A stretch of DNA of 63,281 nucleotides, counting the filler, from Sluysia triapertura (Eukaryota), in the NCBI GenBank assembly GCA_046118255.1. It is 5 parts of 5 records of this genome, joined end to end, with 100 filler letters (N's around TTAATTAATTAA, not from the genome) between each part and the next. Parts side by side here need not be neighbours in the genome. Positions count along the whole stretch, not along the records: positions 37,484 to 50,735 come from JBJNIA010050006.1; positions 50,836 to 63,281 come from JBJNIA010108424.1; 3 more parts are not named here. One strand, 5' to 3'. A program made the translations under genes and the position numbers. Every line of letters begins with the position of its first letter. Positions within the stretch are counted from its first letter, which is position 1. Shown here in pieces: positions 37,654-51,319 of this stretch. The notes under the pieces were generated by a model. The model searched no databases. It was not told where the DNA came from and was given only the letters and a program-made list of their open reading frames with translations.

Positions 37654-37720
37654 TCATTCGACTGCGCAGACGATGGTCCCGGGTTCGATTCCCGGTCAGT
37701 CCATTTTACGAGGTCTAATA
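37654..37720 (+). mobile_element. tRNA-derived SINE head, 3' half (B box)
   Basis: CCCGGGTTCGATTCCCGG T-arm with B box, followed by TCAGTCCATTTTACGAGGTCTAA. The same tail recurs at 9146-9176 (ATTCCCGGTCAGTCCACATTATGAAGTCTAA). Confidence 0.65.
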
Positions 37721-37890
37721 GTAATAAAAATAAGGAAATAATAAAATATTAAAATAGTAAAAATAATAAAAATAATAATAAATATTGCTTAAAGTTACGA
37801 TAATGATGATGTGAATGATGATCATTTTTATAAAAATATTAAAATAATTATCATTCATGTGTATTTTACAATAATAATATATTAATTTTT

Positions 37891-38098
37891 ATTGCGCTCA
37901 TATCTACTGCGTAAGTACTCAAAAGCGCTTAAGGCAAATCATTCACCTTAAACGGAAAGAACTTTGCACTTTTCTTAAATATTTCATAATCTTCCAGTAA
38001 TTTGACATTCTCTGGTAACTGGTTGTATATTTTTGAAACATAAACTGTATCACAGTGGATTATGTATAGATTATCCTGTCTCAATGAAATATTCATCT
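37891..38098 (-). mobile_element. L2/CR1-group LINE extreme 3' end
   Basis: Reverse complement matches about 11580-11808, including TTAAGCGCTTTTGAGTACTTAC.CAGTAGATATGA. Confidence 0.85.
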
Positions 38099-40982
38099 AT
38101 ATGACAACTATTCTAATACTAATTTTAATTAACCTAAATTAAATTAAATTACATAATTATTAAAACATTACATTATAACATTACAATTCGCTATTTATTG
38201 TAAACAATGATGCAATTTGTGAGAGTTTGTATGTTTACTTCAATTACTTCAGTTTAATTAAATTCTAAAGAACCAAATTTTCAGATTACTTTGGGTTATG
38301 GTGTTTCACCAATGGTCGCATTAGTATATGTAACTTAATACACAATTCAAGAATTAGATTCTGGAATAGATATACAACTTAATGACTTTTGTTCATATAT
38401 TAAGTGCGTTTCTCTTATTTATTTTCTAACGTTTTAAATCCGAGTTTTATTTAATTATATTTTAATATTATAAGATTTTGTAGATAACGTTTGTTTCCGT
38501 TTGTTACGCGATTGAAAACAAGGGATTTTTCAAGGTTCTGATATCGAAACATTTGACAAATTTGATCATTATTATACAATTAAAGTAGTTCATAGTAATA
38601 AGCATGTTTTATTTACTACACTTATAATATATATAATTTAGTTTACCTGTATTTGTTTCCTTATCATCGCTTCCAATTATTCTTTATTAGTTCTTGGTCA
38701 ATAAAATGATACAAGTCGTCATATATTCTGGTTAAATGCTCTCAGTTACGTAGATCTGAACTACTTCACGGTGAAGCTTGTTATTTACACATGCAAGCCC
38801 ATAGCTATAACCTATAATAATTGGCAACTGCTATTTTATTTTATTTTTATATTTTTCGACATTATATTTAATAACTAAAATGAAACTTGCAGTAGTGATA
38901 AAATCCCTATTTTTAATGCATTTGTTTCGTTTAAGAGTGAAAGTTTTCGACTTTAACTACCATTTATAATTTTATAATCAAAATAAACACGCCATTGCTT
39001 ATTTTTAATAGCACTAATAAGTTTTCGATTTTTCAGCATTGCATGTGTTGGAGAGTTTTACTCAGTAAACCCTACCCAGCTAAATAAAATTAAATCTTAT
39101 AGGGGTCAGGTTATAATGCGTGACTCAAAATAGGCATGTCTATAATCTGTAAAATATTATTGTGGTTCTTTTTATGAAGCTGCAGTCAAGAATGAATTTG
39201 ATATGCTAAATATATATGTACGGGTTCGCATGTAATCCAAGTCTTATGACTGAACATAGGTTTGCCTACATTATTTAAACAATGATATTTTAATCAGTTA
39301 CTTTGATCTTAATTTACAAGTGATTAATTATGCTCAATAAATGTAACTTAAATTCAAATTAATTAACAAGTTAACAACTACATTAATATTTTAATTACAA
39401 CTAAAACAAACTAAGATATATAATATTGATTTTTTCAATCACAATATATGAAGTATAAAGATGATTCGTAAAAGTATAATTTAAAATTGCTAGAATTAAT
39501 ATCGTAATTTATTTTAAATGCCTTTTTGTCTATATGTTTAAAATACTGGTAAAAAGTTTACAGGTGGATCATGTCGCAATCATCGTGTTAAATTTATATG
39601 TGGCACAGAATAAATTCATTAGGAGATTTTCATAAGTTTTGTTAGCTATAGGTTTGAACCTAATTTAATATTAGGGATAAAGTACGACGTAAGTTTTCAT
39701 TTATTTGGGGATACATAAAGTTAGTCAATACTTTTAATATCAAAGATTAATTACAACATTCTCTTAACATCACAACACTATTAGTAGTGCATTTTTAATT
39801 ATACCATTGTGTTCTTTTGAATACTAATTATTTGTCTTGAATTATATTTTTGTTATTATTGAGTTTGTTAACTTTGAAGTATAATTTCATAATCGTTGAT
39901 TACGTCTAAAAGAAGTAAAATAAAATGATATAAATTCGTTGATATTAAATAAAGTTGAAATTACAAGCTAAGTGAAATCTAAGCTAAGAAAGAATCTGTA
40001 CGACAATAAAGCCTTTAGTGCTAAAATATAAAAAAAATTTCGGACTGTTAATACGTGTTTCCCTTTGAAAATTCAAAGAAACTTAAATCGTAAACTGTAG
40101 GTGGACCCTAACTATTTATTTTCTAAGTAGTTTTAAGTAAAAAATGCTTGCTTTATTATTATTTGTTATAGCTTAATCATTAGCATATCATGCAGTACGA
40201 AATTTAATTTCAAATCTGGGCAAACACTAGTAACACTATATCAACCGCCAAAAGACTTTAAGTATCTCTGAGAAATCTGATTAAAAGTACCTTAGCTGGC
40301 GAGAATATCTTTTACATTACGGTGTTGACGTGTAGCGATAGCATGGAGATAGACAATCACATTTTTGTTTTTTTACTAAATTAAAAATTACTTGAAATGA
40401 ATCTAATTCAAAATGGCATGACTAGACTGATAATCAATTCTGAAGTAACCAAAGTTGCTCTCAATACTCAACGTTACAACAAATTTAGCACTCATTATTT
40501 TTACACTAAAATGACTGATTAGAAAAAAGAAATTACTTAACAATTAACTCGTAATACAAGCGTAAAGAATAAAATGAGAAGTTTCTTCCAAAATTTAATA
40601 TGAAAACTTAGACTTCAGTAAAGATTTTAAATCTTATTAAATCGATGTCAAAGGGTTTACTTTTAAGTCTCTTTTACGGTTTTTATAATTAACCGATATG
40701 CTATTAGCCATGGAAATACACTGATATGTTTATTGTTACCTTTTTCGACGAATAAATTATATGGAATTCACTGTACTCTAGTTTTAACTGTTAGCAAATA
40801 AAATTACAAAAATAGAATTTTGAAAGTCAAGTTTTTCAAAGCATATGATTAGATTAGCAATCATAAAATTATTTAATTATCTTTTTTTCTTTTCTGATTA
40901 TTATAATAATTATAATTATAATTATTATTAATTATTAATTATTGATATTACGTTTTATTAAAATTATTGTTATATTATTACG

Positions 40983-41047
<65 letters not shown>

Positions 41048-42665
41048 CTAAATATTATTGCTGCTATTATTGTTATTTCAATATTGCAATAGCAATGGAA
41101 AATTTTCTGAGGGGTTATGAAGCATCTTAACAATAATAACTAATCATGAATCTTTTTTAAATTCAGAAAGATAAAGATTTGTCAGTCAATTTACTATTTG
41201 CCTTTTTAGACAATGAAAGTTATAATAGTGGTATTAAAATGTTACTTGATGACTTAGAAAGAAAAAGGATTAAGTTTTCACAAAACATACTAAATATTTC
41301 TGATTTGAGATATTCGATATATATCGGTAACATTTGGAGTACAAATAAATTATACATGATTGGCAGCATGACTATTTTATACCAGTTTTATGTGAGTACC
41401 TTTGTTTATGTTATGTTTTGCAATAATATTAAATTTATGATGTACACCCAGATAAATCTGACTATAACTTGTACAGTTTTCTGTACTAATTATCTTACAG
41501 AGATGAATATTCGTGGATTTATATTTTAAAATAAACAAATAGGTAAATTGTTTGTACTTTAATAAATTAAATATATTGAATGAAAGTAAATGCAGTTCAA
41601 ATCAAATCCAATATTTACACATTCTTTTGTCTATTTGTAGAAGTAGTATATTAATATGGAACTCCTAAAAAGTTGTTTACAGATAAGGAAAAAAATTTAA
41701 TAAAAAACATAATATATTATTATTATATTTATTATATTTTACCAGATTTATTAACAATCAGATGGAATTTAGAATGTTTTAATAAAACTTTATTTACTAC
41801 ATTTAGTCATACGTTCATTCAAGGTAAAGATAATTTTACATTAAACCTTTTCTATTCACATGTAGAAATGCTATTCAGTCAACCACTAAAAAACCTCTTT
41901 TTATTTAGCGCATGTTCGTATGATAAGTTAGACACCAATTGTAGTGGTTTAAGTACCAAATACGGTAAGTTGGTCCTTGGTACCACAACAGACATTTAAA
42001 TATAAAATGTTAGATGTTCTTTGCAGTGAATCAAAATGACTAACAATGCTCATCTAGCAAGAATGGTAGAGTGGTAAAATATGGCATTTCAAATGTTGTA
42101 ACTTCTTACACAGTTCATAACAAATAATAGTATGACGTGAATTTTACATTGCTTTAATGATGGCGCGTCAAATAGATCAGGATTGTTAAGGCGTTTAAGC
42201 GGATGACGAAAGCTGTTGCGTAACCTTAAGTAAGAACCAACAAAAATAGAGAACTATTAAAAAAGTGCGAGTATTTCCTCTGAAAAGTGGTTTCAATTAG
42301 ATACAAATTAATAGGTGAAGCGTGACATCATTTGCTTCAATTAAGTGTAAACATAACAACATGGACAGCTAAATATGATATGAAACATTTGTTATGGACT
42401 TTTCTTCCATTTTATTGGTACTATAGAAAATATTCTTATCATTCTTTTCATTATTATACGCTTAATATGAAATATAAATTGTGATGTATATTTTGACGAT
42501 AAGTAAGCAGTTTCTAAATCGATATTTCATGTGAATTAATATTTAAGCAAAAATCATCTTACTTAAAATTCATTTTGCCTTAGTTGATGCATTACACTAA
42601 TGAGTCATCATGTTAAATGGCTTACTTAACTAATTTTTAGCATTTTTTAAATTCAAAACTCTTAA

Positions 42666-42972
42666 CCGTTTGAGTGCGGGAGAATTTTCTTATGCATATC
42701 CTACAAGTCTGGAATGAAATGCTTAGTATTTTTTTTTGGGGGGGAAACAATGAAAATGGTTATAATTAACACTAATTGTTATGCAACAAGTAAATTTTTT
42801 ATTTTCACTTATTACAAAAACGTTTTGCTGCAGAAATTCCATGAACTCCTTTTTTTACCAACAACAACATCATCGCATTATCGATACAAAACAAGAAAAG
42901 TGCTATCGCGCTGCGCCGTATTTTTGGCAAACGATGAGTGAAGCGCGATAGCGCTTTGCCGGACTCAAACGG
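42666..42972. mobile_element. piggyBac-type MITE, 307 bp
   Basis: TTAA|CCGTTTGAGTGCGG ... CCGGACTCAAACGG|TTAA (13 of 14 TIR match); subterminal inverted repeat GCTATCGCGCT/AGCGCGATAGC. Confidence 0.88.
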
Positions 42973-44419
42973 TTAATACCGTATCGTTTCATTTTAAATT
43001 TACTTTTCTTTTTAACAAAAGCATTTAGTTTTATGTTTAAGTCCTATTTAGGTTTTTAAAAAGTAAAATAAGATTTTAAAAGGCGACTTTAAAAAAATGA
43101 GTTTACAAATCTTTTTAAAATGGTTTAATTTCACTAATTTAAAACTATAGAATTTAGTACTCCCTCTCGAATTTAAGTCCTTATTTAAGTCCTTATTGGT
43201 AGAATTCAATATTTGTTAATGTTAATATATACAAACGTGATATAATATTATAAAATATAACCACAGTTAAGAAATTCTTAATTGTTAAGATGAAATATTA
43301 AAAATAATATTACAAATAAAAAAATTGAATAGATATTATACACTATGTAAAATGTACAAACTTTATGTAAAAATAAACGATCCTAAATATGGTATATCTG
43401 AAACAGTGTTTGTCCTGCGCAGTTACTAAAATCAAAAAACAAAATCTGTGAATAGCTACCAACGGTGGATTGAATTAATTATATATCTTTTAGAAATTAT
43501 AAATTTCCTTCTAATAATGTGTCTTCTTGTACAGCGAAAAAGATTGTTTGTACAAAAATTTTACTAAGCATTTATAATATTATTTTATGTATTTGAGGGT
43601 TTACTTATTGGGAAAAATGTTTTGTATGATTTACGATTATGCCTGTAATTGTTTATCTTTAGTTTTGAAACTTTGTCGCTATTATTTCTTTTGTTTGCAA
43701 AAGTTTTCGATATTAAAATAAAAGCTTGCTCGAGGCCTGTCATATTTTAGTGTAGGGTAATTGAACCAATAAAGATAGAAAACAAACTATAATAAATACA
43801 AAAACCAATTTTATAACAAAAAGAACAGCAAATTATTCTAACAATAATTTGGAAAGTTTTTTTGTAACTAATTTTCTGAAATTTATTGTTTGACTTTCGA
43901 TACCATCATTAAAATTCATTGTCAAAACTTGATACAACTGATCCATATAGATATTTCGTTCCTTATTTGATATTTCTCATACTTTTTGACTATTAAATTT
44001 GCAAGTACTAAAATGATTATTTATTTTTTCCGCTGTACCCATAAAATTACAACTTAAATTAAAATAAATGCAATTAAATTTTCGTCTCAGACAATGACAT
44101 TCATTGTGAATACTCATATTTTTCTCTTTGATGCAACATCACAATTTTAAAACAAATCTGACATTTATAGGGAGGAAAGGTTTGTATTAGATATATTATG
44201 TTTATTTATTGATGAATATGAGGAAGATTCTTCGTTTAATAATTTAGGAGGTGCGGCAAGGTGACAGATATTACGCGCAAATAAAAATTTTAGATATGCG
44301 ACAGTACGAAGATTAAAGTATGTCTTGTTCAGATGAATGTATAGTATTTGCCCATGCCTAACATTTAAAAATCTTAAATTGAGACTTGATTTATATAATA
44401 TGAAGAGAATAGATATCAC

Positions 44420-45092
44420 TGAAAGCATCCAGCTTACTCATCGTGAGTTTTGGAAGCAGCACTTCGATATTGTTGTTTGCCTGTGATAATCGAAATGACT
44501 TGGCAAGAGGTGACTAGATGCTGTTGCCGCACGAGGTTGTGAAGGGTGAAGTTGAAGAAATTGTTTCGCTGGGAAAGATCCTGGGTGAATGACGAGGACA
44601 TTGACGAGTTGATTCAGGAGCATCACGAGGAGGGATATCGCTCACTTTAACGATGTTTGCCTTGCACTTTTTCGAAAGATTGTTAAAAGCCTACAAAAAT
44701 CCAAACGTCCTTGGATTACTTCTTTACAAAACGTCAGGCATAAACCACTGTTGATAGTGAACCTGAGTCGAAGAAAGCGAAAGGTAATGACAATAGCACT
44801 TAAAACAAGAGTTTAATTGTTAAAATTTTGGTAGAATAAAATTTTAATTCAAAATTCTTTGCTCTTTACTTTATGTATAACTCTCATTTTTATGCTTATT
44901 GTGCAGTAATCTAATTCTAACATGTATTTATTACATGTTTTGTTGCATTTTTATAATTTATAAAATGCTTGAATTTTTAGGGCTTGCAACCGATTAGGGC
45001 ATTTACAAGAAAAAGAAGTTCTACTTAAGAAATTTTCACGTTACAAAACGACTTCCAGAACGAATTAATTTCGTAAGTAGAGGCACCAGTAC
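44420..45092 (+). mobile_element. Tigger/pogo transposon 3' relic with right TIR
   Basis: LTHREFWKQHFDIVVCL, MTWQEVT, DEDIDELIQEH, HFNDVCLALFRKIVK and QTSLDYFF are Tigger C-terminal motifs. Ends in GAACGAATTAATTTCGTAAGTAGAGGCACCA, a Tigger-like terminal repeat. Confidence 0.8.
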
Positions 45093-48000
45093 ATATATAG
45101 TTGTCTTATATGAAGATCACCCTTAAATAGTTTTTCATAACTTATTGAAAGAATTATCTCAAGTTGAATTAGATAAAAGACTAATTAATAAAGATTATTA
45201 GGTAATGAGTATTGAATTATTTAAATTTCAAAATGAACAGATTCAAGAACAACTAGTGGTTCTGCTAACATTTCCAAAAACCTTTCTGGATGATAAGATT
45301 TTGGAGGTTCGGATTCTTATTCATTTGAATGATAGAAATATAGTACAAATGCTATACGATTTAGATAATTTAAAACTCAGTCTTGATTTGACCAATTTTT
45401 GATTTTCAAGATGAAATGATCTGATTTAAATTCAGTGTTATTTACTAATACTAAAATTTAAAGATGAGATTCAAAATATGAAACCAGAAGTAACACGTAG
45501 AATTTCGATTAGGCTAAATTTTGTTCACAAATAGGAGACTTAAATTTATTATGTAACTAAAATTACATTTATAATTTCTATACGTTATTTTGATGTTTTC
45601 TCTATTTGTTATACTATAAACATTAAGTTTAGTTATTTTTTTACAGTATTTGGAACGGAGGGCTCCAAGAATAATGAGTTATATAAGAAATGTTAATCTT
45701 AAAAATTTTAAATTTCAGTTTTCAAACGTACAACAGAACTTTTTGAGTATCCTGACAAAGTAGTACTTGATTGAGTCCAAATTCTTAAAGGTCCGACAAA
45801 TTATTATACTATTTGTCCTTATTATACTATTTATCTTCGGTTACCTTTATCGTGAAATTGGTGGCACGATGATCCAGTAAGATACTATAGAGAGCCAACA
45901 CTTTAAACTTCGTTAACTTTGTTTACAAATTTAAATAACCCAACTACAATAATCACAAATCTTCTAAAACCTTCAATTATATTTAATTATCTTCATTTTT
46001 GTAGCTGCTATTATTATTTTAATTTTAGCAATCATTTTTATCTACTTCAAAATAAGTACTCAAGGTCCTTAAAATAAATTTATTTTTATTTTATCATTGC
46101 TATTATTTAATATTCTTTATTGTTATTTTTGCATTATTAAAACTTATTATTTTAATAATAATAAAAATTAATGTAAAGTTTTTTAAATATTTTTGAAGAG
46201 CTGAATAAAAATAATATTCTTTGTTTTGTCGCACTGATGAAAATAACGTTTCATATAAAATTACAAGTAGGTATTACCAATGAGAAAAATAATATTCTTG
46301 AAAATTATGAATGATGAATATATTGAATTAAGAACTGGACAATCATTTACAGAAATAAGTACAAGAAGAATTGAATTTGCTTAATTTAATTAGAAAGTAA
46401 CATGAAATCTCGGCTTCCAATAGATCATGCTTTTTAAACCGGATAATTTCGTGAACAATTTCGATATTATGTTCTTTTGAATGATTTTGAAAATATTTTT
46501 TACCTTCTACAAAACACGATAACAGTAATGAGAAATTTGTTCTCGAATTTTAAGACATGTTCATTAAATTGACATAATATGCACAAAATAGTATGAAAAT
46601 TCTACAAACTCATTTTGAAAACAATAATTGATGCTGATAATTGTTTAGTTTCAATTCTTAACAAGTTTAAAGGATATTAAATCCAATGTTGCACCAAATA
46701 ATTAGCTCATGATTAATACTAGAGAATTACCATATGATAAAAATGAAAGAGTGCATGTTATTGCATGAAATTAACCGTATGTGATTATTCTGAAATTGCT
46801 AATGATATGAACTAAACTATTCTTAAATTGACGAATATTCGAATTTGATGTGAATTAATTCGAGAATGTGATAATAGATTTACCAAGCAAATGTATCATC
46901 AATTGTCATGTATTTGATGTTGAAAGTAAAAAGCAGACAATGGTTTAAAACATTTGGAGTATTTTAAAGTTATAGATCTGGTATGTCTAAATTTTCGAAA
47001 TTTTTTGTTTTTAAATTCAAGCTTTGTTCTTATTTATGTTATTTCGAAGGATTAATCGTGGGAAGTTTAATTTTGATGTGAGAATTAAAAAATATTTTAT
47101 TAGCTTATGATTATTATTTTAGTTGAATAAATATTAGGTTTACTTATAACTATTATGATTGATCGATGGCTCTCAAAGTGCTTAAGTAAAATGCACATGG
47201 ACTTAAGGTGCTTATCAAAATAAAAATAGATTTCGTAAGTCCTGATAATTGTATTATTGTTTGGGACGTCAATGTTAAAATTCATGGCTTGGTAACTCAA
47301 ATCATAGTCGTATCATATGGAAACGTTTGATATGGAGTTAATTAAATTATCTTTAAACATTGTTGTTAGAGATTGGACAAATTTACAAAAATTATTAAAC
47401 CTTGAAATTAGATTTAAAAAATGTTTAATAACGTTTAATTTGTAATTTAGTATGTTTACGAAATTAATTACTAATTTTCATTTTGAGTATTTAATTAAAA
47501 AGTAGCAAATCATCATATATTACAAATTATAAAGCATAAACAAAATCTCTAAATTTACATAATTCTTTCAAATTAATTATAAAATCACGAAATTCCAATT
47601 TCAGATATCTCTGGTTACATAGATTTGTGTTTAGTATGATAAAATCATATGGCAGGATCTGACCAAAATATTGACTAGCACTTCAAAAATCTAGATTATT
47701 AACTAAATTAACATCATAATTTACATTTAGTGAATGTTCACAAGAATCTTCTTTTTAACACTTAAATCATTTATGCAACATGATTTATCACTTCCATGAT
47801 CTTTAGTAAAATAACATAAATAATATGATTCATGATTGCTTATAAGGTGGCATATATAATCTTTATAATACAATTTATATCCATAACATAAATAATACTC
47901 TTTTAAAATTTTCATACTAAAACTGAGTATTACAAAGGTATCTATAATAGCTGGGTTATCTTTTCTTGACTTAACATAATCACGACTAGAACTAACACTG

Positions 48001-51000
48001 ACAACTTTAAAATTCCAGTCAACATTTCTAGCTTCAGTTATCAGTGATTTGTTATCTTGTGTTCACACGTTTCATCAATAAGCATATCAAGGAATCGAAA
48101 CTTTAAGCTTGCATCGTTACAACTATCTAGCTTCATTGTTGATTATTCCATTTTCTTTACAAAAATTTAATTATAACTATAATACCTAACAAAATTAAAT
48201 ATTTAAAATTTTCAAATTTGATTGGCCAAAATTAAGTATAGTAATGATTATGATGATAATGATGATGATGATAATGGTTAGAGTAGAACGGTTATTTTTA
48301 TATTCGAGATTGTGTGTTTAATGATATTAAATGACAGTAATGAAGATGACGAAGCTAATACGGAAATTGATGATATTAATCAGTAGTTAAAATACTACTG
48401 ATAATTAAAATTAATAATTTTTTTATCTCCGCAAGAATATTATTATTAATAATGATACAATGAATAAATAATAAAGGTAACAACAATATTAATAATATTA
48501 ATAATAAAGTTAATAATAATAATATCGATACTAATAATATTAATAATAATAATACTAATAATATAAATAATAATATTATTAATTATAAAATAATAATGAT
48601 AATATTGAAAAGTAGCAACAAAATAATATAATAGAAATTAATAATAATGATAATAATTGTAATAAAAGTATTAATAATAATGATCATAATTATTGTAAAT
48701 AGTAGTAGCATCAGTGATAGTATAAGTAAAAGTAATAATAGTAAGTAAGTAATGTGTTGAATAATCGAATGTAAGTTTGTTGTTTATTTAGAAGATTTAT
48801 TTTTATGATGTTAGTAAGGATTTTGAATCATATAGGAAGTTAAGTTCAAATTTAAAGCGCATCGTTAATTTTAAGTACAAGTTTAAAATAAGGCAAGATA
48901 AAGATTTATATGTTAAATCCGTAATTAAAAGTGTTTGATAGTGAATACTTTTAAAGTGTCTTAAGGAAATCCATATTAATTATTAAAAATTAAAATACAT
49001 GTAAGTTGAACGGTTATCAATGATTTAAAATTCGAAATAAATTTAATTAAAATTATTGTAAACAGCTTATAACTTTGGATAAGGCAATTGCCAATAAAAT
49101 GCATATTGCTGTTTTGGCTAAAGTTCATTTCTTTACAAGCAATATTTGTATTTTAATATATAAAAACATTTTTTGGAATTAAAACACAACAACAAGGAAT
49201 TTAATAAACAATTATAATGTCTTCAACAGTGTCCAATACAGTTCCCATGAATAAGTTTATTAACAAAATCCTAGCTTTAAATAATAGAATAAATAAAATC
49301 TTTACTTAAAATTACTGATTATCATCCTAGACCTTACAGGCTAGGTCAACTTGTTTCAAAATCAATTTTTTTAAAAACCTAGGACTTAATCTTAAGGATT
49401 TAAAATCATTATTGTTACTATAATTATTGTTTTACGAATTTGATATATATATATATATTTTGTTCCATATTGTATATTACTACATAACGATTATTTTTGA
49501 ATTTTCTGAGTACTTTAAAATACTGTATCCTTTGTCAGGCCGTAACAGGCTGATTTAAAGTTCACAATTTGTTTATATTAAGAAATTCGTGATTAATAAT
49601 TCACAAGTTTAGTGACTACTTCTGAACTTTGACGTATTATAAAATTACTTTACTAAAATCCTAATAGAGCACCTTCTTTACAGATTTAAGTCGTAATTAT
49701 TAGGCGAACTAACCTTCAGTTAATTTTGTAAGTGTAGGTTTAAATTTTCTTAGTAGAAACACTTGCAAATGTGAATGTAACTGTTCACATAATTGATTTA
49801 CATAATTTGACAAAGGTTAAAACGAATTGCATTGGCTCTACGTTTTTTAAAACAACCTTAATGGCAAGATGGACCGTGATCTGAGCACTGTTAACTCCTG
49901 TAAAACATTTTCTTCACTGATGGATTATAAATATCACCATCACCATCATTTAAGCTTTTGCGGACACACATATCATCCTTACACAGCCATTATAGGTTGA
50001 TCACGTGCACAGTTATTTAACTCACATTTGTAAGAAAAATAACGATAATGTAGTTATGTAAATATATTTCTTATAAGTATTGTAATGTAAATAATATTTT
50101 TAATTTAAAATAACACTAATGTAAATATATTTGTAAAAAGAAATAAGTATTTATTTTTATTTTAATTTAAAAGTTTTGTAAAATTATAAGTAATAATTAT
50201 TGAAAATATTAAATACAAATCTTTATTAAATCTTTAATTATGAAAATTTACATTATCGAAAACGGAAATTTATCTTTATTACGAAAATTTATAACGGAAA
50301 CTTATTATGTTTAAATTTTGTTACACCGGAAACTTATTATTTTATGTCAATTTATGTTTATTTTATAATTATTTTATGTCAATCTGTAAATCATTTATTA
50401 TAAATTCGAAAAAAGGATATTTATTTAAAATTCATCAACGGATATTTATAATTGGTAAATTATGATAATATTATTTTTCGAATATTTATAAGTTAACTAA
50501 TATATTTGTATATCGGATATTATAATCAGAGGAAGTTTTCACAAAAAGGTATATAAGGTTTCAATAAAATAAAATTTTTCACAGAAATTTTTTAGACAAG
50601 TTAAAATCGAGAAAATTAGAATTCAGCAGTTGGAACCATTTGGAGAAATCGCAAATTATTTGGAATATTAACGTTCAAATTTTGGATAACGATTGGAGTA
50701 TTGTTTGGATCGTGCAGCTAATAATATATTTGGAGNNNNNNNNNNNNNNNNNNNNNNNNNNNNNNNNNNNNNNNNNNNNTTAATTAATTAANNNNNNNNN
50801 NNNNNNNNNNNNNNNNNNNNNNNNNNNNNNNNNNNTGAGGTTTTGAGTTTATTTAATTATTGAGTTTTGATTTAATAATTTGGGAAAATAAAAGTATTAA
50901 AAGACACAATAATATTTAAATCCATATGATTCGATTACACTTGAAACATCATTGATATATTTTATAAACAATAATGGTGATGAACAATAAACTAACTTAA

Positions 51001-51319
51001 ATTAAACATAAAATTAATGAAATATAAAACTTCTTTCCCATGATAATTTTTAATAAAAAGCGTCATACATTAACAATAACATGTCTAAATTGGTATCTTA
51101 GTGAATAAGATTACACAATATTTCAAATTATACTCTTTTTTCAATATAATTTAGTCTTTAGAAAAACATTTAGCTTGTACAATGATATTTATCAATTTAA
51201 TATTAATTTATATCAAATGGTTCAAAATAAATAAATTTTATTTTAAATATGTATATAATTTGTATTTCAATTTCATATTGTTTTAATATATTTATATAAT
51301 ATTCTTATTTGAATCTTTA

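Noticed and set aside
37654-37702. Functional tRNA gene
   Set aside because: Only the anticodon and T-arm side is present; no D-arm or 5' acceptor strand upstream.
46200-48150. Possible decayed coding sequence (short ORFs 47100-47300 and 47727-47915)
   Set aside because: Looks like degraded element DNA, but I could not recognise any motif, so no call is made.
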